DNA of 32,000 nt from an uncultured Actinomycetes bacterium (GTDB lineage Bacteria > Actinomycetota > Actinomycetes > S36-B12 > CAIYMF01): NCBI GenBank assembly GCA_963843975.1, contig CAWJMG010000003.1, forward strand, positions 540,001-572,000. The letters are read 5' to 3'. This document shows positions 8,994 through 18,008 of the stretch, piece by piece (position 1 is the first letter of the stretch; each line of letters opens with the position of its first letter). The notes under the pieces were generated by a model. That model made no database searches. It saw only the letters and a program-made list of their open reading frames with translations, and was not told the origin of the DNA. The position numbers and the translations under genes are program-made.

Positions 8994-9338
8994 GTGCCGC
9001 AGAACCTGACCTCCCTGCTCCCGCTGCTCCTGATCGGCGTGGCCTTCTACTTCCTGGTGCTGCGCCCGGCACGCGCCCGGCAGGCCGGGGCGGCCGCCGT
9101 CCGGTCCCAGCTCGCGCCCGGTGCCCGGGTCATGACCACGGCCGGCCTCTTCGGCACGATCGAGGCGCTCGACGGCGACGACGTCCTGCTCGAGATCGCG
9201 CCCGGCGTCACCGTCCGCTACGTCGCAGCGGCGATCGCGAAGGTCGTCGAGCCCGTGGCCGACACCGCCCTCGGAGTCGAGGGAACGCCGGCGGAGAGCC
9301 GTCCGTCGATCATCGAGGGCGACACGTCCGGCTCCTAG
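8994..9338 (+). CDS. yajC: Preprotein translocase subunit YajC, 114 aa
   Basis: GTG preceded by GAGGA (5-nt spacing). TM helix LLPLLLIGVAFYFLVLRPARARQ, then GARVMTTAGLFGTIEALDGDDVLLEIAPGV, typical of YajC. Confidence 0.85.
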   Translation: MPQNLTSLLPLLLIGVAFYFLVLRPARARQAGAAAVRSQLAPGARVMTTAGLFGTIEALDGDDVLLEIAPGVTVRYVAAAIAKVVEPVADTALGVEGTPAESRPSIIEGDTSGS

Positions 9339-9380
9339 CCCCCCGCGGTCCGGAGCACGGCTCCGGGTCGTCCATACTTA

Positions 9381-9414
9381 CCGGGCACGGGCTCCTCGCG
9401 GGGGCCGTGCCCGG
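9381..9414 (+). terminator. Candidate yajC terminator or structured element: perfect 10-bp stem CCGGGCACGG/CCGTGCCCGG with a 14-nt loop
   Basis: The inverted repeat is read directly from the sequence, 43 nt after the yajC stop. A second hairpin TGGGCTC-ctc-GAGCCCA follows at 9416-9432. There is no U-tract, which is common in actinobacteria but lowers certainty. Confidence 0.35.
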
Positions 9415-9537
9415 CGTGGGCTCCTCGAGCCCATCCGGTCCACGGCGGCTCCGGCTGCTCTGACAGGTCCCGCCCAGCGGGCACGACGGTCCTGACCCGG
9501 GGGAGCACCCCAGGCGGGACGCACAGGAGACTTCACG

Positions 9538-11302
9538 GTGGCAGCACCGACCCAGGCGAGTGCGCGGCCCGGCCGCACCCTCGTGATCCTCGGCCTCGTG
9601 ATCCTCGGGCTCGTCCTGTGGACCTTCATCCCCTCGCAGCGGACGCCGAAGCTCGGCCTCGACCTGCGCGGCGGCACCCAGGTCATCCTGACGCCGACCT
9701 CTGCCTCGGACGGCGGTGCGATCACCGACGACCAGCTCAAGCAGACGGTCGAGATCATCCGCCAGCGCGTCGACGGCTTCGGCGTCGCCGAGTCCGAGGT
9801 GACCACGCAGGGCTCCGGCACCAACGCCACGATCGTCGTGTCGATCCCGGGCGTCACCAACCAGGCGGTGCTCGAGTCGCTGGCCACCACCGCGAAGCTC
9901 GACTTCCGCCCGGTGCTGTCGGTCGACTACGGCTCGCCCATCGCGCTCCCGACCTCCTCGGCCAGCCCGAGCGCGTCCGGCAGCGGCTCGGCGACGGCCT
10001 CACCGTCCGCCTCGGCCAGCCCGTCGGCCAGCACCAGCGTCGGCAGCGGGTCGGCGTCGCCGTCCGCGTCGTCCAACGGCGCGGTCCTGCCGAAGGCAGC
10101 GGCCAGCCCGTCCTCGACCGCGTCGCCGTCCGCGAGCCCGAGCCCGTCGGGCACCGCCGCCGCGGGCGACGTGCCGCCGATCCAGTCGGCGACGAACGAC
10201 GCCGCGCTCCAGGCCAAGTTCACCGCGCTCGACTGCACGGCTCCCGGCATGACCCAGGGCGGCCCGGCCGACCCGAAGAAGTACATCGTCACCTGCCAGG
10301 ACGACGCGTCCCTCAAGTACCTGCTCGACCCGGCTGCCGTGCAGGGCGTCGAGATCGCCAGCGCCCAGGCGACCGTCGCCCAGCAGGGCGTGGGCTGGGA
10401 GGTCAACCTGACGTTCACCTCCACCGGTGCGACCCAGTTCGCCGAGGTCACCGGCCAGCTCGCCAAGAACCAGCCGCCGCAGAACCAGTTCGCGATCACG
10501 CTCGACGGCCTCGTGCAGTCGGCGCCGCGCGTCAACGAGGCGATCCTGGGCGGCAACGCCGTCATCACCGGCAGCTTCACCGCCGACGAGGCCAAGGCGC
10601 TCGCCAACGTCCTCAAGTACGGCTCGCTGCCCGTCGCCCTCAAGGTGTCGTCGGTCGAGCAGCTCTCGCCGACCCTCGGCCAGGACCAGCTCAACGCGGG
10701 CCTCATCGCCGGCGCCCTCGGCCTCCTGCTCGTCGTGGTCTACCTGGTCATCTACTACCGCGCGCTCGGCCTCGTGGCGGTGGCCTCGCTGCTGGTCGCA
10801 GGCCTCATCACCTACACGCTCATCGTGATCCTCGGGCGGACGATCGGGTTCACGCTCTCTCTCGCGGGTGTGGCCGGTGCGATCGTCGCGATCGGCATCA
10901 CGGCCGACTCGTTCGTCGTCTACTTCGAGCGCATCCGTGACGAGATCCGCGAGGGTCGCACGCACCGCCAGGCAGGCGACATCGGCTGGGTCCGCGCACG
11001 GCGCACGATCCTGGCCGCCGACTTCGTGTCGCTGCTCGCCGCCGTCGTGCTGTACGTCCTGTCGGTCGGCAGCGTCCGCGGGTTCGCCTTCACCCTCGGT
11101 CTGACGACTCTCGTCGACGTCGCTCGTCGCGTTCCTGTTCACCCGGCCGCTGGTGCAGATCCTCATGCGCAACAAGGCCTTCACGTCGGGCAAGCCGTGG
11201 ACGGGCCTGTCACCGGACCGTCTCGGCGTGAAGCCCACGATCTCGGACGACGCCCCGCGCCAGACCCTGGCCGCCAGTCGCGCCGCCTCGAAGGAGTCCT
11301 GA
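9538..11302 (+). CDS. secD: Protein translocase subunit SecD, apparently disrupted by a 1-nt frame shift near 11122 (about 587 aa if corrected)
   Basis: GTG 9538 lies 7 nt after AGGAGA. SecD homology is in frame 1 through ...SVRGFAFTLGLTTLVDV (codon ends at 11121). The conserved C-terminus LVAFLFTRPLVQILMRNKAFTSGKPWTGLSPDRLG...SKES-stop is in frame 2 from 11123 to TGA 11300-11302. The span is 1765 nt (3n+1). Confidence 0.85.
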
Positions 11303-12456
11303 TGAGCACCATCGGCTCGCTCGCCCACCGTCTCTACAGCGGCGAGGTGTCGTACGACTTCGTCGGACGCCGCCGCCGCTGGTACGCAGTCTCGGGTGTC
11401 ATCGTCGTGGTCGCGCTCGTCGGTCTCCTCGGCCGCGGTCTCAACCTGGGCATCGAGTTCCGCGGCGGCTCGGAGTTCCGGGTGCCTGGCACCACGGCGA
11501 CGGTCGAGGAGGCGCGCGCCTCCGCCCAGTCGGCCGGCGTCGCCGACCCGATCGTGACCCAGGTCGGCCAGGGCACGCTGCGGATCCAGACCCCGGCGCT
11601 CACGCCGACCCAGTCGGCCGCTGTCACCGAGCAGCTGTCGAAGGACCTGGGCGTCCCCGTGGCGGACATCGGCGTGCAGCTGGTCGGCCCGTCGTGGGGC
11701 GCTGAGGTGACCCAGCGAGCCCTGCAGGGCCTTATCGCGTTCCTCGTGCTCGTCGTGATCTTCCTGTCGTTCTACTTCGAGTGGCGGCTCGCGGTCGCAG
11801 CGCTCGTCGCGCTGCTGCACGACCTCGTCATCACGATCGGCATCTACGCCCTCACCGGCTTCGAGGTCACGCCCGCGACGGTCATCGGCGTGCTCACGAT
11901 CCTCGGTTTCTCCTTGTACGACACCGTCGTCGTGTTCGACAAGGTGAAGGAGAACACCCGCAACATCACCTCGGGCAACCGGGCGACGTACAGCGAGGCG
12001 GCCAACCTCGCGCTCAACCAGACCCTCGTGCGCTCGATCAACACCTCGATCGTCGCGCTCCTGCCCGTCGCTGCGATCCTCGTGATCGGTGTCGGGCTGC
12101 TCGGTGCCGGAACGCTCAAGGACCTCGCGCTCGCGCTGTTCATCGGCACCGCGGCCGGCACCTACTCGTCGATCTTCATCGCGACACCGGTCGCCTGCCA
12201 GCTGCAGGAGCGCCGTCCCGAGATGAAGGCGTTGGCCGCCCGAGTGGCGGCCCGTCGCGCCGGCCTCGACTCGCGCGCACGTCGCCGCCCGGCCCAGGGC
12301 GCTGACGGCGGCACCGCCACCGCGGTGCTCGAGGGCGACCAGGCTGACGCGCAGACCGTCGCCGAGCAGCTCGCCAACCCGCAGCCGGTCACCCAGACCG
12401 GTCCGCGCCAGCAGCCCAAGCGCAACGTCCCGCGGCAGCAGCGCAAGAAGCGCTGA
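11302..12456 (+). CDS. secF: Protein translocase subunit SecF, 384 aa
   Basis: ATG 11302 overlaps the frame-2 secD stop (TGATG). YDFVGRRRRWYAVSGVIVVVAL...GIEFRGGSEF...FYFEWRLAVAALVALLHDLVITIGIYAL...SLYDTVVVFDKVKEN. Basic/Gln-rich C-terminal tail. Confidence 0.92.
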   Translation: MSTIGSLAHRLYSGEVSYDFVGRRRRWYAVSGVIVVVALVGLLGRGLNLGIEFRGGSEFRVPGTTATVEEARASAQSAGVADPIVTQVGQGTLRIQTPALTPTQSAAVTEQLSKDLGVPVADIGVQLVGPSWGAEVTQRALQGLIAFLVLVVIFLSFYFEWRLAVAALVALLHDLVITIGIYALTGFEVTPATVIGVLTILGFSLYDTVVVFDKVKENTRNITSGNRATYSEAANLALNQTLVRSINTSIVALLPVAAILVIGVGLLGAGTLKDLALALFIGTAAGTYSSIFIATPVACQLQERRPEMKALAARVAARRAGLDSRARRRPAQGADGGTATAVLEGDQADAQTVAEQLANPQPVTQTGPRQQPKRNVPRQQRKKR

Positions 12457-12989
12457 TGCCCGACCTCGACGCGCTGCTCGACAGCCGGATCCGGTCCATC
12501 CCGGACTGGCCCGTCGAGGGCGTCGTCTTCCGCGACATCACGCCGCTGCTCGCCGACCCGGCGGGCATCCCCGCCGTGGTCGCCGGGATCGTCGACGCCC
12601 TGTCGGCAGCCGGCATCCATGAGGTCGACGTCGTCGCCGGTATCGAGGCCCGCGGCTTCGTCCTCGGTGCGCCGCTCGCGGTGGGCCTCGGCGTCGGGTT
12701 CGTCCCGGTGCGCAAGCAGGGCAAGCTGCCCGGCGACGTCCACGCGGCGAGCTACGACCTCGAGTACGGCCAGGCCACCCTCGAGGTGCAGGTGGACGCC
12801 GTCGCCCACGGGCACCGCGTCGTCCTCGTCGACGACGTCCTCGCCACGGGCGGCACCGCAGCAGCCGCCGTGAGCCTGCTGCGCTCGGCGGGTGCCGTGG
12901 TCGTCGCGCTCGCGTGCCTGCTCGAGCTGCCGGCCCTTGGCGGCCGTGACCGCCTCGACGTCCCCGTGATCGCCCTGCGTCAGGTCTGA
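12456..12989 (+). CDS. apt: Adenine phosphoribosyltransferase, 177 aa
   Basis: The ATG shares one nt with the secF stop. IRSIPDWPVEGVVFRDITPLL...GIEARGFVLGAPLA...VVLVDDVLATGGTAAA (PRPP-binding motif). Confidence 0.92.
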   Translation: MPDLDALLDSRIRSIPDWPVEGVVFRDITPLLADPAGIPAVVAGIVDALSAAGIHEVDVVAGIEARGFVLGAPLAVGLGVGFVPVRKQGKLPGDVHAASYDLEYGQATLEVQVDAVAHGHRVVLVDDVLATGGTAAAAVSLLRSAGAVVVALACLLELPALGGRDRLDVPVIALRQV

Positions 12990-13080
12990 TCGCTCACGTC
13001 GTCCCCACTCGCCGCGCGTCGCGGGCACGTCGGGTGATGGGGTTGCGGCACTAGGCTCCTCGTGAGCGACGGTCGATCGC

Positions 13081-13707
13081 GTGACGGAGGACGACGCAGT
13101 GGCAGAGACCGACCGGGCACCCGTCCCAGCGGTGTTCGAGGTCCGCCACCGCTGGACCTACGTGGAGATGCTGATCTCGAGCCTCGCCTCGCTCGCCGCG
13201 GCGCTCGTGCTCTCCGTCGAGGCGTGGCTGCTGGCCCAGGACCCGGACGCGATCTTCTCGTGCGACGTCAACAACAAGATCTCGTGCGGCACCGTCGCCG
13301 AGTCGTGGCAGGCCACGCTCCTCGGCTTCCCGAACGCCTACCTGGGCCTGATCTTCGAGTCGGTGGTCATCACGATCGCGCTCGCGTCGCTGTCCGGAGT
13401 CCGGTTCCCGCGACGCTTCATGCTCGGCGCCCACGGTCTCTACACGATCGCCATCGCGTTCGCCTACTGGCTGTTCCTGCAGGCCTACTTCGTCATCGGT
13501 GCGCTGTGCCCGTGGTGCCTGCTCGTCACGGCGGCGACGACGCTCGTCTTCACCTCGATCACACGGGTCAACATCCTCGACCGCAACATCACCTTCGGCC
13601 GGTACCAGGAGACGGTCGAACGATGGCTGCGGCTCGGCGCCGACACCGGGATCGCGCTCGTGATCCTCGCGCTCGTGGCCGCGATGGTGGCGTACCGCTA
13701 CCTCTGA
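13081..13707 (+). CDS. Vitamin K epoxide reductase (VKOR) family membrane protein, 208 aa
   Basis: Four to five TM helices. Loop cysteine pair C-x7-C (FSCDVNNKISCG) and an active-site CXXC inside a TM helix (GALCPWCLL), the VKOR hallmark. Confidence 0.8.
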   Translation: MTEDDAVAETDRAPVPAVFEVRHRWTYVEMLISSLASLAAALVLSVEAWLLAQDPDAIFSCDVNNKISCGTVAESWQATLLGFPNAYLGLIFESVVITIALASLSGVRFPRRFMLGAHGLYTIAIAFAYWLFLQAYFVIGALCPWCLLVTAATTLVFTSITRVNILDRNITFGRYQETVERWLRLGADTGIALVILALVAAMVAYRYL

Positions 13708-13793
13708 CGGCGCGCGGAGACTCCCGCCCCGCAGAGCGGCGTCCCCGCACGTAGACTGACCGGACTGTCAGACGCACCGCGCGAGGAGGCCGG

Positions 13794-16118
13794 GTGGCTG
13801 AGGACGTCGTGGCGAAGCCGGGTGCTTCCGCGCCCGCGGGTCCCACGCCTGCGCCCAACCAGCCGCCGAGCACGTCGCCGGCGTACGAGGCCACCAGCCG
13901 CCGATCGCTCCTGCCGCGCATCTCCGCCCGTCGCGGCGGCGGCCGGTCCAGCGCCCACCCTGAGCTCGAGCCGTTGCTGCGCACGGTGAAGCAGTTCCAC
14001 CCCAAGGCCGACCTCAAGATCCTCGAGCTGGCCTACGAGCGGGCCGCGTACCTCCACCGCGACCAGCACCGCCGCAGCGGCGACCCGTACATCACCCACC
14101 CGCTCGCGGTCGCGACGATCCTGGCCGAGCTCGGCATGACACCGCCCACGCTGGCTGCGGCGCTGCTGCACGACACGGTGGAGGACACCGAGTACTCCCT
14201 CGATGCGCTGCGCGAGGACTTCGGCGACGAGGTGGCGGCGCTCGTCGACGGCGTCACCAAGCTCGACAAGGTGAAGTACGGCCAGGCGACCGCTGCCGAG
14301 ACGGTCCGCAAGATGGTCGTGGCGATGGCGCGCGACATCCGCGTGCTCGTCATCAAGCTGGCCGACCGCCTGCACAACATGCGCACGCTGCGCTGGATGC
14401 CGCCGGCGAAGCAGGAGCAGAAGGCGCGCGAGACCCTCGAGATCTACGCGCCGCTCGCCCACCGCCTGGGCATGAACACCATGAAGTGGGAGCTCGAGGA
14501 CCTCGCGTTCGCCACCCTCTACCCGAAGATGTACGACGAGATCGTGCGCCTCGTCGGCCAGCGCGCGCCCGAGCGCGACAGCTACCTGACCGCCGTCAAG
14601 GAGGCCGTCGAGAAGGACCTCGACGACGCCAAGATCAAGCACACCGTCACCGGTCGGCCGAAGCACTACTACTCCGTCTACCAGAAGATGATCGTGCGGG
14701 GCCGCGACTTCGCCGACATCTACGACCTGGTCGGCATCCGCATCCTCGTGGAGTCCGTGCGCGACTGCTACGCCGTCCTCGGCGTCATCCACTCGCGCTG
14801 GAACCCGGTCCCCGGCCGGTTCAAGGACTTCATCGCGATGCCCAAGTTCAACATGTACCAGTCGCTGCACACGACCGTGATCGGGCCGACCGGCCGCCCG
14901 GTCGAGCTGCAGATCCGCACGATGGACATGCACCGGGCGGCGGAGTACGGCGTGGCCGCGCACTGGCGCTACAAGCAGGGCAGCGTCGGCGGCAAGCAGG
15001 GGCCGGACGACATGGGCTGGCTGCGGCAGCTGCTCGAGTGGCAGCGCGAGACCGAGGACCCGGACGACTTCCTCGACTCGCTGCGCTACGACCTCGCCTC
15101 CAACGAGGTCTTCGTCTTCACACCCAAGGGGGACGTCGTCGCGCTGCCCGGCGGCTCGACGCCGGTCGACTTCGCGTACGCCGTCCACACCGAGGTCGGC
15201 CACCGCTGCGTCGGTGCGCGCGTCAACGGCAAGCTCGTGCCGCTGGAGTCGTCGCTCACCTCCGGCGACGTCGTCGAGGTGTTCACCTCCAAGGCGGAGA
15301 ACGCCGGCCCGAACCGAGACTGGCTGCAGTTCGTCAAGAGCCCGCGCGCCCGCTCGAAGATCAAGGCGTGGTTCTCCAAGGAGCGCCGCGAGGAGGCCGT
15401 CGAGAGCGGCAAGGAGTCGATCACCCGCGCGATGCGCAAGGCCGGGCTGCCGCTGCACCGTCTGCTGTCTCCCGGTGCGCTGCAAGGACTCCTGGCCGAC
15501 CTGCACATGTCGGACGTCTCGGCGCTGTACGCCGCGGTCGGCGAGGGACGCGTGTCGGCGACGTCCGTCGTGCAGAAGCTCGTCCAGGCCCACGGCGGGA
15601 CGGACGGCGCCACCGAGGACCTCGCCGAGGTCGTCACCCCCGGCAAGATCGCGACCGGCAAGGCCCGGCCCCAGGGCGACCCCGGCATCGTGGTCGACGG
15701 CGACGACGACGTGTGGGTCAAGCTCGCGCGCTGCTGCACGCCGGTGCCGGGCGACGACGTGCTCGGCTTCGTGACGCGCGGGCACGGCGTCTCGGTGCAC
15801 CGCACCGACTGCGTCAACATCTCGTCGCTGCGTCAGGAGCCCGACCGCATCGTGCCGGTTACGTGGTCGCCGAAGGCCACGAGCGTGTTCCTCGTCAACA
15901 TCCAGGTGGAGGCGCTCGACCGCTCGCGCCTGCTGTCGGACGTCACGCGCGCGCTGTCGGACCAGCACGTCAACATCCTGTCGGCGTCGGTCAGCACCAC
16001 CCGCGACCGCATCGCCCTCTCACGCTTCACCTTCGAGATGGCCGACGCCACGCACCTCGGCTCGGTGCTGAAGACGGTGCGCGGCGTCGAGGGCGTCTAC
16101 GACGTCTACCGGGTCTGA
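13794..16118 (+). CDS. relA: Bifunctional (p)ppGpp synthetase/hydrolase RelA/SpoT (Rel), 774 aa
   Basis: HD hydrolase domain ([16 protein letters not shown]...HDTVEDT), synthetase domain (YYSVYQKM...DLVGIRILV...YQSLHTTV), TGS domain ([31 protein letters not shown]) and C-terminal ACT domain. GTG follows GAGGAGG. TAGACT at 13752-13757 is a possible -10. Confidence 0.95.
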   Translation: MAEDVVAKPGASAPAGPTPAPNQPPSTSPAYEATSRRSLLPRISARRGGGRSSAHPELEPLLRTVKQFHPKADLKILELAYERAAYLHRDQHRRSGDPYITHPLAVATILAELGMTPPTLAAALLHDTVEDTEYSLDALREDFGDEVAALVDGVTKLDKVKYGQATAAETVRKMVVAMARDIRVLVIKLADRLHNMRTLRWMPPAKQEQKARETLEIYAPLAHRLGMNTMKWELEDLAFATLYPKMYDEIVRLVGQRAPERDSYLTAVKEAVEKDLDDAKIKHTVTGRPKHYYSVYQKMIVRGRDFADIYDLVGIRILVESVRDCYAVLGVIHSRWNPVPGRFKDFIAMPKFNMYQSLHTTVIGPTGRPVELQIRTMDMHRAAEYGVAAHWRYKQGSVGGKQGPDDMGWLRQLLEWQRETEDPDDFLDSLRYDLASNEVFVFTPKGDVVALPGGSTPVDFAYAVHTEVGHRCVGARVNGKLVPLESSLTSGDVVEVFTSKAENAGPNRDWLQFVKSPRARSKIKAWFSKERREEAVESGKESITRAMRKAGLPLHRLLSPGALQGLLADLHMSDVSALYAAVGEGRVSATSVVQKLVQAHGGTDGATEDLAEVVTPGKIATGKARPQGDPGIVVDGDDDVWVKLARCCTPVPGDDVLGFVTRGHGVSVHRTDCVNISSLRQEPDRIVPVTWSPKATSVFLVNIQVEALDRSRLLSDVTRALSDQHVNILSASVSTTRDRIALSRFTFEMADATHLGSVLKTVRGVEGVYDVYRV

Positions 16119-16122
16119 AGCA

Positions 16123-16176
16123 CCGATGTGGTAGTGCTGACGCGTCACGGGTGACCCTTCAGCGCTACCACATCGG
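16123..16176. terminator. Bidirectional intrinsic-terminator-like hairpin between the convergent relA and DUF349 genes
   Basis: 17-nt arms CCGATGTGGTAGTGCTG (16123-16139) and CAGCGCTACCACATCGG (16160-16176), complementary except for one position that can form G-U. A nested GTCAC..GTGAC hairpin sits in the loop. The structure fills the gap between stop codons at 16116-16118 (+) and 16179-16181 (-). Confidence 0.65.
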
Positions 16177-16178
16177 GA

Positions 16179-17993
16179 TCAGCCGGAGAACTCCTCGGCG
16201 GCGCGCTCGGCGGCCTCGAGGAGGGCCTTGGTGGTGACGATCCGGCCCTCGAGGTCGGCGGCCTTGCGGGTGTCGCCGGCGGCGACGTGCTTGGCGTGCT
16301 CCTTCTCGAGCTTGGCCAGCGAGGCGCTGAACTGCTCGACGGTGGAGTTGGCGCGCGCCTTGGCCTCGGGGTTGGTGCGCTTCCACTGGTCCTGCTCGCC
16401 CTTGCGGACGGCGTCCTCGATGCGGCGCAGGCGGCCCTCGATGCGCTCCTTGTCGCCGCGCGGCACGTGGCCGACGGCCTCCCAGCGCTCCTGGATCGAG
16501 CGCAGCGCAGCCTTGGCGCCCTTGAGGTCGGAGGTGTCGATCGCCTCGGCCTCGGCGAGGAGGGCCTCCTTCGCCGTCAGGTTCTCGGCGAAGCCGGCGT
16601 CGCGCTTGCCGAGCTCGGCGTTGCGGGCGGCGAAGAACTCGTCCTGGGCGGCGCGGAAGCGCTGCCAGAGCTCCTCCTCCTCGGCCTTGCCGGCGCGGCC
16701 TGCCGCCTTCCAGCGCGACATCAGGTCGCGGTAGGAGGACGCGGTGCTGCCCCAGTCGGTCGAGGTCTTGATGGCCTCCGCCTCGGCGACGAGGGCCTCC
16801 TTCACCTGCTTGGCCTCGCTGCGCTCGCCGTCGAGGCGGGCGAAGTGCTGGCGGCGGTGCTTGTCGAACTGCGACCGCGCGTGGCTGAAGCGCTTCCAGA
16901 GCGCCTGCTCGCCGGTGCGGTCCGCGCGCGGCGCGCTCTTCCAGTCGTCGAGCAGCTCCTTGAAGCGCTCGCCGGTGGCCTTCCACTGCGTGGACTCGGC
17001 CAGGGCCTCGGCCTCGGCCACGATCGCCTCGCGGGCGGCGAGGGCGGCGGCCTTGGCGGTGGCGCGAGCCTCTGCGGCCGCGGCGCGCTTCTCGTGCACG
17101 AGGACGTCGAGCGCCTCGACCCGGGTGCGGAGCGAGGCGAGGTCGCCGACCATCGTCGGCGACTCGAGCGACTCGAAGGCCCGCTTCACCACGGCGCCGG
17201 CCTGCTCGGGCGACGCCTTGCCCTCGGTGAGGCGGCGGGTCGCGAGGCTGACCTCGACCGAGAGGTCGTCGAACTTGCGCACGAAGAAGGCGAGACCCTC
17301 GTCGGGAGTGCCGGCGGCCCACTGGCCGACCATGTGCTCGGAGCCGTCGCCCAGGGCGACGTGGACGTTGCCCTCGTCGTCGACGCGGCCGAAGGTGGCG
17401 GAGTCGGTGGGGCGGTCGGCGTCCAGCACCTCGGGCTCGGCCGCGGCGGCCGGGGCCGGGGTCGCGGGACCGGCGGCCACCGGGCGCGGGGGAGCAGGGC
17501 GCACGCTGCCGGCCAGGGCGGCCGGACTGATGCGCGGCCCGGGCTTGACGGCCGCGGGGGTCGGAGCAGGGGCAGCGGGTGCCGCTTCGGCAGCGGGAGT
17601 CTCGACGGCCTCAGGTGCGGAGGCGACCTCGACCGCGGCCTGCTCGGGTGCGGCCTCGACCGCGGCCTGCTCGGGTGCGGCCTCGACTGCGGCCTGCTCG
17701 GGTGCGGCCTCGACCGCCGCCTGCTCGGGTGCGGCCTCGACCGCCGCCTGTGCGGGTGCGGCCTCGATCGCGTCGGCCACGGGTGCGGCCTCGACCACCT
17801 CAGCGACCGGCGCCTCGACGACGGGCGTCTCGACGGCCGGTGCTGCCGTGTCGGCGACGGCCTCGTCGATGACGGCCTCGACGACCTCGGTCGGCGGTGC
17901 CTCCACCGTCTCCGCAGCAGGTGCTGCCTCGACGGCGTCGACGGCCTCGGTGGGGGACTGCTCGGTGCCCTCGGGGGCGTTGTTCTCGCTCAT
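16179..17993 (-). CDS. DUF349 domain-containing protein with an acidic Ala/Pro/Glu/Val-rich repetitive N-terminus, 604 aa
   Basis: Repeated DUF349-type modules (..WKRFSHARSQFDKHRRQHF.., ..LWQRFRAAQDEFFAARN.., ..IQERWEAVGHVPRGDKERIEGRL..). ATG 17993 is preferred because GAGGAG lies upstream. An alternative GTG at 18005 overlaps that RBS. Confidence 0.8.
   Translation of the reverse strand: MSENNAPEGTEQSPTEAVDAVEAAPAAETVEAPPTEVVEAVIDEAVADTAAPAVETPVVEAPVAEVVEAAPVADAIEAAPAQAAVEAAPEQAAVEAAPEQAAVEAAPEQAAVEAAPEQAAVEVASAPEAVETPAAEAAPAAPAPTPAAVKPGPRISPAALAGSVRPAPPRPVAAGPATPAPAAAAEPEVLDADRPTDSATFGRVDDEGNVHVALGDGSEHMVGQWAAGTPDEGLAFFVRKFDDLSVEVSLATRRLTEGKASPEQAGAVVKRAFESLESPTMVGDLASLRTRVEALDVLVHEKRAAAAEARATAKAAALAAREAIVAEAEALAESTQWKATGERFKELLDDWKSAPRADRTGEQALWKRFSHARSQFDKHRRQHFARLDGERSEAKQVKEALVAEAEAIKTSTDWGSTASSYRDLMSRWKAAGRAGKAEEEELWQRFRAAQDEFFAARNAELGKRDAGFAENLTAKEALLAEAEAIDTSDLKGAKAALRSIQERWEAVGHVPRGDKERIEGRLRRIEDAVRKGEQDQWKRTNPEAKARANSTVEQFSASLAKLEKEHAKHVAAGDTRKAADLEGRIVTTKALLEAAERAAEEFSG
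17634..17768 (-). repeat. In-frame 27-bp tandem repeat, 5 units, encoding (VEAAPEQAA)x4 plus one variant IEAAPAQAA
   Basis: Plus-strand units of CGCGGCCTGCTCGGGTGCGGCCTCGAC at 17634, 17661, 17688, 17715 and 17742. Units 1 and 2 are identical. Units 3 and 4 each differ at one synonymous position. Unit 5 carries two changes, both amino-acid-altering. Confidence 0.9.
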
Positions 17994-18008
17994 GCTGGTG
18001 TTCACTCC

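Noticed and set aside
9538-12456. The 972-aa ORF interpreted as a natural SecDF fusion, as in Bacillus
   Set aside because: The junction is not a linker but an out-of-frame reading of the conserved SecD C-terminus, which is intact in frame 2 with its own stop overlapping the secF ATG. It would delete half of TM6. I therefore treat it as a frame disruption (see findings).
13698-15968. 756-aa minus-strand ORF opposite relA
   Set aside because: It is antisense to an unambiguous full-length Rel protein. The composition is Arg/Asp/Gly/Val-rich without domains. It is a GC3 mirror-frame artefact.
17634-17768. The 27-bp direct repeats as a possible CRISPR array
   Set aside because: The units are contiguous with no spacers, lie in-frame inside a coding sequence and encode a peptide repeat. 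There are no cas genes in the window.
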